DNA from: Diadema antillarum
Taxonomy: Eukaryota
DNA length: 64,000 bases
Direction: 5' to 3'
Assembly: GCF_040938485.1 (NCBI RefSeq)
Contig: NW_027271302.1
Coordinates: 868,001 to 932,000 of the forward strand
The first letter of the stretch is position 1, and each line of letters begins with the position of its first letter. Of the stretch, positions 13,521-25,185 are shown piece by piece. The position numbers were made by a program, and so were the translations under genes. The notes beneath the pieces are model-generated. The model made no database searches. It was not told the origin of the DNA and saw only the letters and a list, made by a program, of their open reading frames with translations.

Positions 13521-13703
13521 CTGGCACCCAGACTAAAAGGACTACACAGCTGTTGGGAAAGGTCTCATAAGGTATCGTAGGCCCTTTTTGCCTAGTATTG
13601 GACTATTGGGGATTTTTCTTTTTGCCTATTGTCAAGACTCGTGGCCTTATTTGACTCTGAGTGTCGGGCTCTATGGAATGTACAACTCTTTGGCTGTACA
13701 ATA

Positions 13704-13810
13704 GGTGTTTTCACATCAGCCCGAAAAAATCCAAGCTCGAGATATTTTTTAACTTCCCAAGTCAGAAAATAGCGCGCTATTTCGAAACATCGGGCTGATG
13801 TAAAAACGCC
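13704..13810. mobile_element. 107-bp TA-flanked MITE (copy 2)
   Basis: GGTGTTTTCACATCAGCCC ... GGGCTGATGTAAAAACGCC; same internal sequence as 8290-8396. Confidence 0.85.
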
Positions 13811-14346
13811 TAATGTTTTACCAATCTCGAGCTTGTGGATCGTATGATTCATGGGTTCAGGCTCGTGGGGTGACCCCTGTAAAAAGTGCATTTCCTCGTG
13901 GTAATATCACTTAGCGAAAGTGAATCGCTCTTTAGTTACTCTGGTCGTCACAATATCATTGTATAATGTTATATTTGGCCACCGGTTTGGATATTATATG
14001 CAGTTACAATTGCCATATATACCATTGCCATCACTGTTGATATTATTGGCAGTTTGACTTTAAGAATATAATATAAAAAGAGTAACAAAAATATTTCAAC
14101 ATACATTATGCTAATTCATTTTTACATCAAGACAGTCTGTACCCAGGAATCCCGCCCCCTCTTAAGAAGGAAGTGCCTGTGGTAGTATAATGAGCCTCAT
14201 GAAATATTTCGTTCATATTTGGCTCTTTATAGTTTTATAAAATTTTCTACAGTGCGCACTGCTAATCTTTCAGTCAATATTGTAAATCTACATATCGAGA
14301 CACACAACATTTTAGATGTGGTGCAACTAAAACATAATTTATGTAG

Positions 14347-14407
<61 letters not shown>

Positions 14408-14789
14408 CGCCTAATATGGGATAAAACAAACCAATCACAAAACAAAACAAAACAAAACAAAACCTGTTATTGTTTTATTGCTCTCTTGTGAATTTGAAAT
14501 GTGTTCAATTATTTTCTTTTATATACATTGATATATCCCATATTATGAGTTGAAGTTCGTTCAAGTTCGAATTTATTCGTTTTTCCACAATAAAGTGATA
14601 TAAACATAAATCTCACTTTCCTGAGTGACAGAAACAATGCATGTAAATTTGTACGAAGAAAACAACAATAATGGGAAAAACTAACAGTATCAATACATTG
14701 CAATTGTTGCAGAGGTAATGAAAATGAAAGAATTGTCAATATGCACTGTGTGAAAAAACGGAGGGACCCACTAAAAAGACAATGCTTGT

Positions 14790-15407
14790 ATAGTGGGCCC
14801 CTCTTGTATTAAAAACTCGATGCAAACTTTGACTGAATATAGCAACAAAGCAGCTTCGTTATCAACGCTTTTGCAAATCTTGATTAAATGATAATATTAA
14901 CAACTGCAGTTTAGAAAGTGTGATAAAGTCCCATTGAGCACTTATGTTCTTTTATCTGATTGCAGTACATGTTTAATTATCTACTTCGATCTACTTCGAA
15001 GGCAAAGAAGACATCCAAAAAGATAGAGAGAGAAGAAAAAAAAAACAAAAAAAAACATAATACAGAAGGAGAAGGAAGTAAGAAATTGCACCAAACCTAC
15101 ATGGCGTATGTGTTCTTTCAATGTCTCAGGTCATCGAAACGAAAAATGATGACAATGTCATGTTAAGCCCTCCAAAGGTATTGTCACAGATAAAGCCTCG
15201 TACAAGGAAGTATTCATTCACTATGCCATCACTACCCGAAACATGATTTCTTTTATCTCTGATCAAGTTACACTTACACGACCTCTGTAAAAGGGGGACG
15301 GGTATAAACTCGTAAGTTTTAATCTCTGCGTTCTCTTTCTGCAAGAAGTATAGCAGCTTTAGGACTTTCTTGGAGCTTATTGTCACACGAATGCGATTTT
15401 CTCTCAC
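14790..15407 (-). mobile_element. Highly decayed non-LTR retrotransposon RT fragment (L1/Tx1- or RTE-like)
   Basis: Minus-strand KRNHVSGSDGIVNEYF (compare KSPGxDGIxxEF) and a frameshifted D-F-A-K-A-x-D-N motif near 14860-14885. Confidence 0.4.
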
Positions 15408-17202
15408 CGCGGCCTATATCACTTGGCCACAAAGATGGATCTGACGAAAGATTGGCGTTGTGTCTGGACTCTCGTCTTTCTTGTCACACTCTTCGCCTGT
15501 GTGTTATCAGGTGAGTTGGCTTTATCATACACATACTATGCAATGTAGAGATTGTATAACTTTATCGTCTAAATTAGTAAAAATCTACAGACCTTTTAAA
15601 AATATGGCCAGGCCTTTAAAGAAAAAATTGTGGCCAGGTGATATAGGCCCCAGTCAGAAACCATTAGCATGTCGTTCCTTATGTCCGTCGGATTTCTGTG
15701 TTGTACATATTCCATTGCTATCGTCTCGGAAGCCATCGGATACTCCCGATTGTTCTCATTTATATATATATATTTTTTTGTGTGTGTGTTCCATGTTTCT
15801 CTTCGTTGTTACTTAGCTTTCTCGTCTACCTTGTACTGCTCTCTTTTTTTCCCTGTTCGATTTCTTCGCAGCGATCCTCTGCTCAGCGTCTTACCTCATT
15901 CTGCTGGTCGATTATTTTCTATCATTATACACTCGTTCCTGTCATTGCGGCATGTTTTGCAAAACAAGCTTACATAGATAATGTCCCACATTTACAATGG
16001 CTAATTGCCTGAATGCACTGTTCTCTATCAAATAATTACTTTTTTAAAAGTTATTCAGGCACATAAGGTTGGAATCAGATCAAGTTAGTGGAGTATCTAT
16101 CACACGAACAACATTTTATGACAATTTTATCGCTAACAACTTAAATTCATCCGTATATGAATTGCCCTATGATTTCTATAAAGAGTTAACTGGTATGTCG
16201 TGTAATCATGTTACTATGAATCAATGCAAAGATATGTAGGAGTTTTTCTAAAGATGCATTTTCTTTGTTGCATTTAGATATTAGGAGTTTGAATAAACAT
16301 TTTGATGAGCTGAATTTATTTTTAGAGACTGATGCAAATCAGCAATTTTTTGTTATTGGTTTAAGTGAAACATGGTTAAATTCAAATTCTGAAAATTCTT
16401 TTGCAATTGACGGCTAAAATATGTTTATGAATAACAATCCCGATAAGAGTGGTGGAGGTATTGCAGTGCATCTCCCGTAGTTTTGAATTTATTGTTGATG
16501 ATGATACTTCGAGAATATTGTTGAATCTCTCTCTCTCTCTCTTTCTGTAGAAATTAATATCCCAGGAATTATATTAGGAAAACTGTGGTAGGGATTATGT
16601 GCAGACCTCCCAACTCCAATTTCAAGGATTTATAAACTTACTTTTCAGATTTAGTAAAATCCCCAATTTTCAGAAACAAGGATTGCTTCTTCCTTGGCGA
16701 CTTCAATATTGACCTACTTAAGTCTGAAAATGATAATGTCGCACATGAGTCTCTCCAAACATTTTTACCCTCTTCTTTTCTTGATCTCTCCTGATCTTTT
16801 CAGATCACTCTGCTACCCTGATCGATAATTTGTTTTGTAATACCCTACCCCTTACTGATTCCTATATAATTCTTTCTGATATGACCGATCGTTATCCAAT
16901 TATGACTTTATTAAAACTCCAGTTAATAATGCTAAATCTTTTTCATCTTCTTTATTAAGTCGTAGAGTTTCGTCCGAAAAGTTAGCTAGTGTTGATGCGG
17001 TTCTTGAAAATGTTGACTGGTCAAGAGTATTCGAAAGTGATGATATTGATTTGTCTTTTGATTATTTTGTGGATACATTTAATCTTCGTTTGGATAAAGT
17101 AATTCCAAAACGAACAACACCAGATTACAAAAAGACACCTAGGTTACCGTGGATTACAAAATCAATTCTTTCAGTTAACAAGAAAAATTGATTGTTCACA
17201 AT

Positions 17203-17426
17203 CATGAAATTCTTTCGTCGATGTGTTTTCACCGCAACTGATTGACAAATTGCCCTACATCGACGTAAAAAGCGCTGAATAAATCATTGTTTTGGTATGT
17301 ACGCCCATGATTTTTTTTTATCATGGCTACTACCTAAGCACTGATCAATTTAGTGCTTATTTACGTCGATGTAGGGCAATTTGTTAATCAGTTGCAATGA
17401 AAACACCTCGACGGAAGAATTTCATG
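17203..17426. repeat. 224-bp palindrome made of two inverted SINE tails plus outer arms
   Basis: CATGAAATTCTTTCGTCGA...GCAACTGATTGACAAATTGCCCTACATCGACGTAAA ... TTTACGTCGATGTAGGGCAATTTGTTAATCAGTTGC...TCGACGGAAGAATTTCATG; AAT on both sides. Confidence 0.8.
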
Positions 17427-17477
17427 AATTGGAATAATTACGCAGTACCCGACACGTTGCATGCTATAAGGATTCGA

Positions 17478-17647
17478 ACCAACACTTGCTGGAGATGACG
17501 CCTGTCCAGTGATCAGGAGGTCGTAGGTTCGAATCCTGCTCGAGTATGTAAGCCAATAATTAAAAAAAAAAATCTTGGCTACTACTGAAACACTGATCAA
17601 TTCAGTTCTTATGTACGTCGATGTAGGGCAATTTGTCAATCAGTTGC
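17478..17647 (+). mobile_element. tRNA-derived SINE, A-box region deleted
   Basis: B-box GGTTCGAATCC; same leader (ACCAACAyTTGCTG) and tail (GTCGATGTAGGGCAATTTGTCAATCAGTTGC) as the 39403-39603 copy; A-rich 3' end. Confidence 0.75.
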
Positions 17648-19774
17648 CAAAAAAAAAACAAACAAATCGATTGTATTATAGATACAAACTGGAAAAAATG
17701 TGAGATCAAAGCGTAACTACACTTCATCTAAAAACACTTTAACTATGATTTTACGTTCTGAAAAGAAAAAAAATGATTGTAATCAATTGCAAATATAAAA
17801 GTTTGATATGAAAATTACTTAGAATGTTTTAAAGCAAGCTATGAATGTTTTGATTAAAACTTCAGCTATTGATAATATTAAGTTAAATTATAAAATCATC
17901 AGTGACCCTGTTCACATTGCAAATGTTTTTATTTCTTATTTTTCAAAAATATAGATGAAAATTACGCTCAAAATATTCCTGTGTCACAGCATCATTTTAC
18001 TGAATATTTAGGTCAGCGTGAAATTCCAGTCTTAATTATGTTGTTTTAGTTTGGGGCAATACTCACCAGAACCTACTGGATACAGTGTTCCTTCTACAAA
18101 AGAAAGCTCACGTGTCATCTCAATATCCTTCCACACCCTCTCACTCAAATTTGTTATTTGCCTCTAATAAGCTGCTAAAAATGAAAAATGTGTTTTTATT
18201 TAATTTCGGGCAATACATTTATATGTACAGCAACAACTCACTACTGTCCATTTTCGATTCTATGTTTCTAAGAAATCAATCATTCCATGAGTAGTCCATT
18301 TGACGTTCGTATGAATTTCATTTATCTCTTTTACGAACGATTTTTGCTAAGAACATACTTATTCTTACTGGCCTAACTTATTGGAAATTTCTTAATAATG
18401 ATAAGTCCCCTCTATATATTCATTTTAAAGGAGATTAGAGTCCTTTCTATTGCAAATTTATGACCCCACAGAATTGAATTAGCCTGTTGGCTCATTGTAA
18501 TTCCTTTTCGAAGAGCTTCAATTACAAATTATATACTATCACGTATTTTCTCGTCTTTGTTGTCCTGAGACACAGAGAATATTGATTTTATCATTTCTGC
18601 ATCTTTTTTTTCTCTATTTCTCTATGATTCTGTATCCTTTTCACGCATCCCATTATTTTTTTTTCGATATAATTCTGTTCAGGATAGCTGGATCTGTTAT
18701 GATTTTCCGTCAGTTGTATTTTCTTCCTGTCATATTTAGTCTTGTCTCATTCCGTCTTGTCTTTTAGTCTCTCTTTATAGTTTTGTAGTCCCATTCTCGT
18801 TTAATGTTAATTCGCGTGTGTATGTGTGTCTGTTTGTAACTCTTCTTAGTGGGCTTCCAGACTTTTTTTCCTGATTTTTCCAGCTTTTTTTTTGTGTTTC
18901 CCTTTTTGCATCAGTTCATTTTTTTTCCTGTATGAATTCTGTACCTCAAGGGCCCCACATTCTACAAGCTTTGTCTTCTTAGTGGGTATTCCTCAATTTT
19001 TCGATGTTTTGCGTATTGTCATATCGTCTTAATCATTTCAGTCATTCCATTTCATGACAACGTTTCGTTACTCCAAGGTTCCACAGTTATATTTTTTCTC
19101 AATTTACTTTGTTTTGATTATGCAACCTTATTCTATGTTTATACCAAAGAAAGTGGAATGTTTGTGTTCTTTTCGAAAAATGAAATTAAGTTTGAATTGA
19201 TTGAAAAAAATATCTTAAGCCAAAGGAAAATAAAAGTAGTGTGTGAGTGAACATCATTTCGTTATGTGCAGATTGTGCAGAGACAGTAAGGGCAACAGCA
19301 AACAATAAAGCAAGCACTCATGTCACGTATCGATCAATTAAAAAAAAATAGAATGTATCACTTGTTACTTGCGTTTGTTTTGATGACAAGCTATGAAATT
19401 ACATAGAAGAATATCTTTATGTTCACTACAATAAGTTTACGTTACAACCATCAACGTTCAAATTGGATAAAGAGATAAAGCATTTCACCGCCTCACCGGC
19501 TCACATGTCTCTACTGAATTACACGCAATATTCTTCACCAACCGTATATTCTCCATGCATTATGATAATTAGAAACGGATAGAACTGTATCCTCCATGAC
19601 GAACTGTTTTATAACTCTCATATTATATTGGCAATGATGGCTTTCTAAGGCGGGACGACTTATGCAAACTCCCCATAAAGTTCTATAAGTAAAAAAAAAA
19701 AAAAAAGATGAGGAAGTCTTTCGTATCCCAGCTGAAGACTTCGTGCGATATTCACCATTCCGAAACTCTTAAGT

Positions 19775-19920
19775 NNNNNNNNNNNNNNNNNNNNNNNNNN
19801 NNNNNNNNNNNNNNNNNNNNNNNNNNNNNNNNNNNNNNNNNNNNNNNNNNNNNNNNNNNNNNNNNNNNNNNNNNNNNNNNNNNNNNNNNNNNNNNNNNNN
19901 NNNNNNNNNNNNNNNNNNNN
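19775..19920. other. Assembly gap (others at 20289-20428, 47421-47560, 50907-51053)
   Basis: Runs of N. Confidence 1.
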
Positions 19921-19958
19921 GGCGGACGTTGCTCTGGATCTTAGTCTCCCTTTTATTT

Positions 19959-19997
19959 GTCAAGCTTTCGGCCAATCATCTGGCCTTCCTCAGGATC
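19959..19997 (-). ncRNA. Minimal hammerhead ribozyme motif, family A copy 1
   Basis: Minus strand GATC-CTGAGGA-A-GGCCA GATGAT TGGCC-GAA-AGCT-T-GAC; core, 5-bp stem II and palindromic AGCU stem III present; stem I only about 2 bp. Confidence 0.6.
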
Positions 19998-21395
19998 TAC
20001 CAACAGAGTAGTTATTATATGAATGACCTGATGTGTCATATAAAGTGTAATACAATTTCATATATTACCACTCTCCTAAATCATTTCCTTTATATTATAC
20101 ACACATCAGTCATTCAATTCAATACAAATATCCAATCTAAACTCATGTCATCATCAAAATAACATCATATATCCAAAAAATATATAAATAGATTCTTTTA
20201 TCATAATATTGCCATATAATAATCATATTTTCTCATAATTCTTAGCATGAAAATCACAAACAGAATCATATACATATACAGTGTTCATNNNNNNNNNNNN
20301 NNNNNNNNNNNNNNNNNNNNNNNNNNNNNNNNNNNNNNNNNNNNNNNNNNNNNNNNNNNNNNNNNNNNNNNNNNNNNNNNNNNNNNNNNNNNNNNNNNNN
20401 NNNNNNNNNNNNNNNNNNNNNNNNNNNNAACACACGTACACACACAACTCCGGTTGATATGATACTATCTAAATCTAAATCAACATATATTACCGAAATA
20501 TGATAACCTTAACCACTGCCAAAAACATATCACCTCTTAAATCAGATGTATAATCAACAACAACATTCTTTAAATTACCTGCGTTGGACGTGTGCCATTA
20601 TTGGCGTGATGTCCTGCATCACCGTGTGCGCATATTCTGTTCAAAAAATACAATAATTAACATTCAATCATAAGACCTCTTATTTTACATATATAATTAA
20701 ACATAATCATATCAGAGCATCACAAAATCATATTCACAAATCCATCATACACTATTTTACATATCATTCATATCCAATCAGATCACCTCGTGACGCTCAA
20801 CAGTAATCATGTGTCGTATGACCATACAATAAATATCAACAAAATTTCACAATAACTAATATTCAATCATAATATCTATTACTTTACAAATAAATAAACA
20901 GTCGGAAATAATCAAGACAAAAATCGCAAATTCATACATTTTCCCAAATTCATCATTATACACCATTATACATTTCATTCGTATCAAATCACATGAACTC
21001 ATTACGCTCAACATTATACGTACATCTTATGATCATACAATATATCGGTACATACAAATGAAATCTCAATAATCACAATATATCTAACCTGAAAATCATT
21101 AGGGTGTTTTACCTGCATGTTGGGCTATATTGTGTCCTGTCTGGTCATGGCCGAGTTTTCTGCTACGGGTGTTCTACTGTGAGTCTGAAGTTAGAGTGAG
21201 GGGTTTATATATTTTTCTGGATATATGATGTTATTTTGATGATGACATGAGTTTAGATTGGATATTTGTATTGAATTGAATGACTGATGTGCGTATAATA
21301 TAAAGGAAATGATTTAGAAGAGTGGTAATATATGAAATTGTATTACACATTATATGACACATCAGGTAATTCATATAATAAATATTCTGTTGGTA

Positions 21396-21434
21396 GATCC
21401 TGAGGAAGGCCAGATGATTGGCCGAAAGCTTGAC
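21396..21434 (+). ncRNA. Minimal hammerhead ribozyme motif, family A copy 2
   Basis: GATC-CTGAGGA-A-GGCCA GATGAT TGGCC-GAA-AGCT-T-GAC. Confidence 0.6.
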
Positions 21435-21995
21435 AAATAAAAGGGAGACTAAGATCGAGAGCAACGCCCGCCTCAGTCCAATTTCTTCCAGTATATATGC
21501 AACCAACAATGAGGCACCGCGCACGTTTGAGACCCAGGAAACTATCGATCGCACTATATATATGTATATCAAAAAGAGGATTGTTATATTCATAGTCATA
21601 TCAGGCATGCTGGTTTTATCCCAACTGTGACATCGATTATTCAAATCGACAAATATACAGATTACTTCCTTAAAAAAAAAATCAAAAAGTCCAGTTGAAA
21701 GGACAAGGAAACAAACATCAACGGGATCTAAAACACAAATAAACACACCAGATAAAAGTGTCAATATCTTTTAAAATAATGCTTGTTATCTAGATATCCT
21801 GTTTTCCCAAGCATTGATGCACAAATTATCAATAATTTTCTTTCAGTAACTGCTACGTAGATTGTTACTGTCATATATTATTAACCGTGAATTGAAATTT
21901 GGTGACGATGTGGATATAATATACTCGGCACACTCGGTAGGCATCACTCATGTTGAAATAGGCACTAGTGCGCCTGGAATATATAGTTTAGTTAA

Positions 21996-22552
21996 AGGAC
22001 AAGTCCACCTTCATAGACATGTGGGTCGAGTTAATGCAGCAATATTAGTAGAATACATCAATGAGAGTTTGAGGAAAATCGGACAATCCTTTCAAAAGTT
22101 ATGGATTTTTGAAGTTTCTGCTCAGTCACGGCTGGATGAGAAGACTACTATAGTTTGTGATGTCATATATTATGTACAACGATAGAAAAAAGTATAAAGA
22201 AAATTCAAGGTATTCTCACTTTTCTCGCATAATAAAAGAACACTCGACTTCTCTCTTTCAGAAGTCAGGGGGAATAATACCCCTAACATACGTCAGTAAC
22301 AAGTCGAAGAAATGAGCGCTTTATTAAAAAAGTCAAGTTTTGTGAAATTCTCTTTTTATTTTCCTTATATCGTTGTACGCATGTGACATCATACACTGTA
22401 GTAGTCTTCTCCTCCAGTAATGATTGCACAAATACTTTAAAAATTCATAACTTTTGAACGGATTGTCTGATTTTCCCCAACTTTCACTAATGTGTTCTAC
22501 GAATATTGCTGCCTTCACTCAATCAACATGTATATGAAGGTGAACTTGTCCT
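21996..22552. mobile_element. Kolobok-like MITE
   Basis: TTAA-AGGACAAGTCCACCTTCATA ... TATGAAGGTGAACTTGTCCT-TTCA. Confidence 0.75.
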
Positions 22553-23335
22553 TTCACTGTCATAAATGTGAAGAGCTATAGAGACTGGATTTAGGTGAAT
22601 AGGTTGAGGGGATTTTTTAAAGGAGTTTCTTGATACAGTTAATCTAATGGTCGACGAGAAATTGTTCTACAGCTTTCATCTCAACTGTGAAGGGCCTATA
22701 TCACCAGCTAGATTTCGAGTTCCTGTTGGGTTTAACTGATGAGAAGACTGAGGGTTGTATTTGATGATCTAAAATTTCTAAATAGAGGTGTAGGCCCTAG
22801 ATAGTCAAGGATTTAATGTACCTTTGGAGTCCGGTTGTTGGGAAACTTTTATACGTATCAAAGTTAGTTTAAAGAAACAAGGCATAAAGTAAAGGGTGAG
22901 GAGGTAACTTTTCCAACCTCAAGCACAAGACGCGAAGCCCTATTTATTAATGAATGAAACAATTGAATAATAACAATAATAACGACGATAATAATGATAA
23001 TGTCTTTTTTATCAATGTATAGGGTAGGCCTACCCTCTTCATTTTTGCCACTGCTCTACCAGAGAGTCCTGCCATTATTATTACCTTAGCAATGCCAAGT
23101 ACAAATTTATAACACAGAAATCAAGAGAGACATGGGAGGTAAAAACATTATCGAGGGACGTAAACGCTGGGTGGGGGGGGGGGGGGTAATTGAACTTTGG
23201 TCCTCCGGTTGGGAGTCGTGAGTCTTGTCCACCAAGCCATAGCGTCCCAGATTGTAGTGTAGCAAAAAAAAAAAAGCTGCCGAAAACTGCATATCTAATA
23301 GTGGCGAGCCAATCGACTACAATGGAGTAAAAGGG

Positions 23336-23374
23336 GCTTGAGCTTTCGATCCTAGCAGAATCTTCGTCAGAGGC
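23336..23374 (-). ncRNA. Minimal hammerhead ribozyme motif, family B copy 1
   Basis: Minus strand GCCT-CTGACGA-A-GATTC TGCTA GGATC-GAA-AGCT-C-AAGC; stem II 5 bp with one G-U pair; stem I 3 of 4 pairs. Confidence 0.6.
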
Positions 23375-23403
23375 AAAATGAAAAATGACAAACAGGCAGG
23401 GAA

Positions 23404-23442
23404 AGCTCTGACGAAGATTGTGCTAGGATCGAAAGCTCATGC
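23404..23442 (+). ncRNA. Minimal hammerhead ribozyme motif, family B copy 2 (stem I degenerate)
   Basis: AGCT-CTGACGA-A-GATTGTGCTAGGATC-GAA-AGCT-C-ATGC; inverted partner of 23336-23374. Confidence 0.5.
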
Positions 23443-23792
23443 CCCTTTTTGACTCCATAAATATCACAGCAGAGGTGTTTACAGGCCACCACCATCTGCT
23501 GCGTGAAAGCCTTAGAATTGCCTTTTCATAAGAAAATGCGGTAAAAGAAAAGAACTGTTGTGTAGTTGATGATTTCAATGTTAATTTTTCTTCCTCCACG
23601 TCGTCTGCTGATGCCCTTATTGATACATTTTCAAAGACTGTCCAACACTCATTTTTTTCAACGTAAATAGTGCTAGACATTGTTCCTTTCCCAAACGTTT
23701 ATACGCGGAGTCTCATTGTCGGTATAGCATAATTATAATAAAAGAAACTAGACGTGAAGCGGACGTTGCTCTCGATCTTGTTCTCCCTTTTT

Positions 23793-23832
23793 AATCTAGC
23801 TTTCGGCCTGTCATCAGGCCTTCATCAGGATT
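23793..23832 (-). ncRNA. Minimal hammerhead ribozyme motif, family A copy 3 (best formed)
   Basis: Minus strand AATC-CTGATGA-A-GGCCTG ATGA CAGGCC-GAA-AGCT-A-GATT; 4-bp stem I, 6-bp stem II, CUA triplet. Downstream AAAAGGGAGA...AAGATCGAGAGCAACGTCCGC is shared with copies 1 and 2. Confidence 0.75.
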
Positions 23833-25185
23833 TGGGGAGAGCATAATTTGATGAGATGTCCTGCATCACAGCAATGAGCTCATCTTCTGTATTTGGCTGT
23901 ATGTCCTGTGTGGTCAAGGCTTAGTGTTCTGCTTCTAGTCAGAAGTCACTTTGAATTCAGATTCGTAGTGGAACCAAAAAAAAAAGTATAATTATGTTTT
24001 CTTCATTTTGAAACTCATTATCAAATGTATTTTGTTAATTTACGTTTTTGTGAGTATTACAAATATGCTTTGCTTACACGTTGTACATGATTTTTTATTT
24101 ATTTTATAGAAATGAAAACAAATTTGAATATGCATTTGAAAACGGCAGTTTTTTATTCTGTCTTGGCGGTGCGATAAAAAAGATGAAAATGTTGTCTTAC
24201 TATCAAGTTGTAATTATTTACTGGCAGTCAGTCAGCAATGTAACAATGAAATAAAGAACATTAATTATGTAGGTAAGTGAGGCTGTGTGTTTGCAATGTA
24301 TATGGGTAGGAGATTCAGATTATGGACTATTCAAATTCTATGTCGTTTGCTCTGAATGACATTGTGTGTGTGGATGTAGGACTGATGACATTATTTGTCC
24401 TAAACTAATTCTATTTTTTCGCCGAAAATTCTAATTCAATTATTGATATTCAGGAAATTGATATGACAGGAAAATAATCTATTCAAAGCATTGCATATTG
24501 TTTCTGACAGTGGGCAGAGACTATTCTCCCGTGGTTGAGATTTATTTTGATACTGCATCGAATTTCCGTTTATGCAGTGCCATGTATTTACTGACATGCA
24601 CATTACAAAGTTTATCAGAAGCTATGATTTCTGTGCTTTGGTATATATTTTTTTAAAGGCGAGTACATTTACAAGATATTGGACCACATACCAAACGAAC
24701 ATCAATGCTTTAACACTGTCGTGAACCATTAGCAACCTATTCATATTTAAGATAATCACATTTTGTGATTTTGTGATTCGGAGGTTATATAATAATTTGT
24801 CATAATTTACAGACGTAAACATGTTCACATCTTCGCATATGATACAGAGGTGGGTGTAAAGAGACATGTAAAAATTCTATCATAATATGCTATTCTTGGC
24901 GAATGATTCAGTGATTTCAACATTCACCTCACGGTCAGAATGCATGCAAAATGAGCATGACAAGTCCCATCTCCAAAGACACATGAAACTACGCCAGCCT
25001 CACGACTGAGAATCATTACGCTCCTGCCCTTATGTGTAGGTGCATGTGACCATTGGAGAGACGGTTTAGTTCGAAACAAGTGACAAGCTGTCTCTCACAT
25101 TTTTGCAAGATAGCATAATAGATGTCTCGCAATCTAATGGTACGAACACACTGTATGTGTTATTTTCAGACAATAATTATTTCAT

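Larger units (their letters stand above)
9365..13535 (+). mobile_element. Foldback-type non-autonomous element, probably AcademX-derived
   Basis: Termini TAGTCTGGGTGCCA ... TGGCACCCAGACTA with AAA on both sides (9362-9364, 13536-13538). Long inverted arms are built of about 165-bp tandem units (9955-10830; 12090-13520). The spacer carries a decayed Cys-rich zinc-finger coding remnant at 10896-11020. Confidence 0.7.
9033..13876. mobile_element. Outer non-autonomous DNA transposon with modular arms and 8-bp TSD, disrupted by nested insertions
   Basis: Left arm 9033-9200 has repeated CCATGAGT(C/T)nGACAC motifs and an inverted right arm lies at 13540-13876. Flanks are CTGTAAAT (9025-9032) and CTGTAAAA (13877-13884). 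A related short copy is at 25186-25552. Superfamily unresolved (MULE/hAT/P possible). Confidence 0.6.
16240..19200 (+). mobile_element. CR1-like LINE: APE endonuclease, linker, ORF2 C-terminus and 3' UTR; RT core deleted
   Basis: FSLLHLDIRSLNKHFDEL, VIGLSETWL, GGGIAV, CRPPNS, LLGDFNIDLLK, SATLIDNLF, PWITKSIL; C-terminal FGQYIYMYSNNSLLSIFDSMF...; interrupted at about 17195-17660. Confidence 0.85.
19921..21472. repeat. About 267-bp inverted repeat pair, each arm with a hammerhead; Penelope pLTR-like
   Basis: 19921-20187 is the reverse complement of 21204-21472. The spacer has degenerate tandem units of about 215 bp (20630-21100). The left arm abuts an N gap. Confidence 0.85.

Noticed and set aside
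19715-19774. CTGAAGA...CGAAAC next to the gap
   Set aside because: No convincing stem II or palindromic stem III, and the context is lost to the N gap.
23423-23680. 85-aa minus ORF considered as a Penelope GIY-YIG C-terminus
   Set aside because: Only a vague resemblance (FENVSI...); no GIY/YIG or conserved R/E/N motif, and the orientation relative to the ribozymes is inconsistent.
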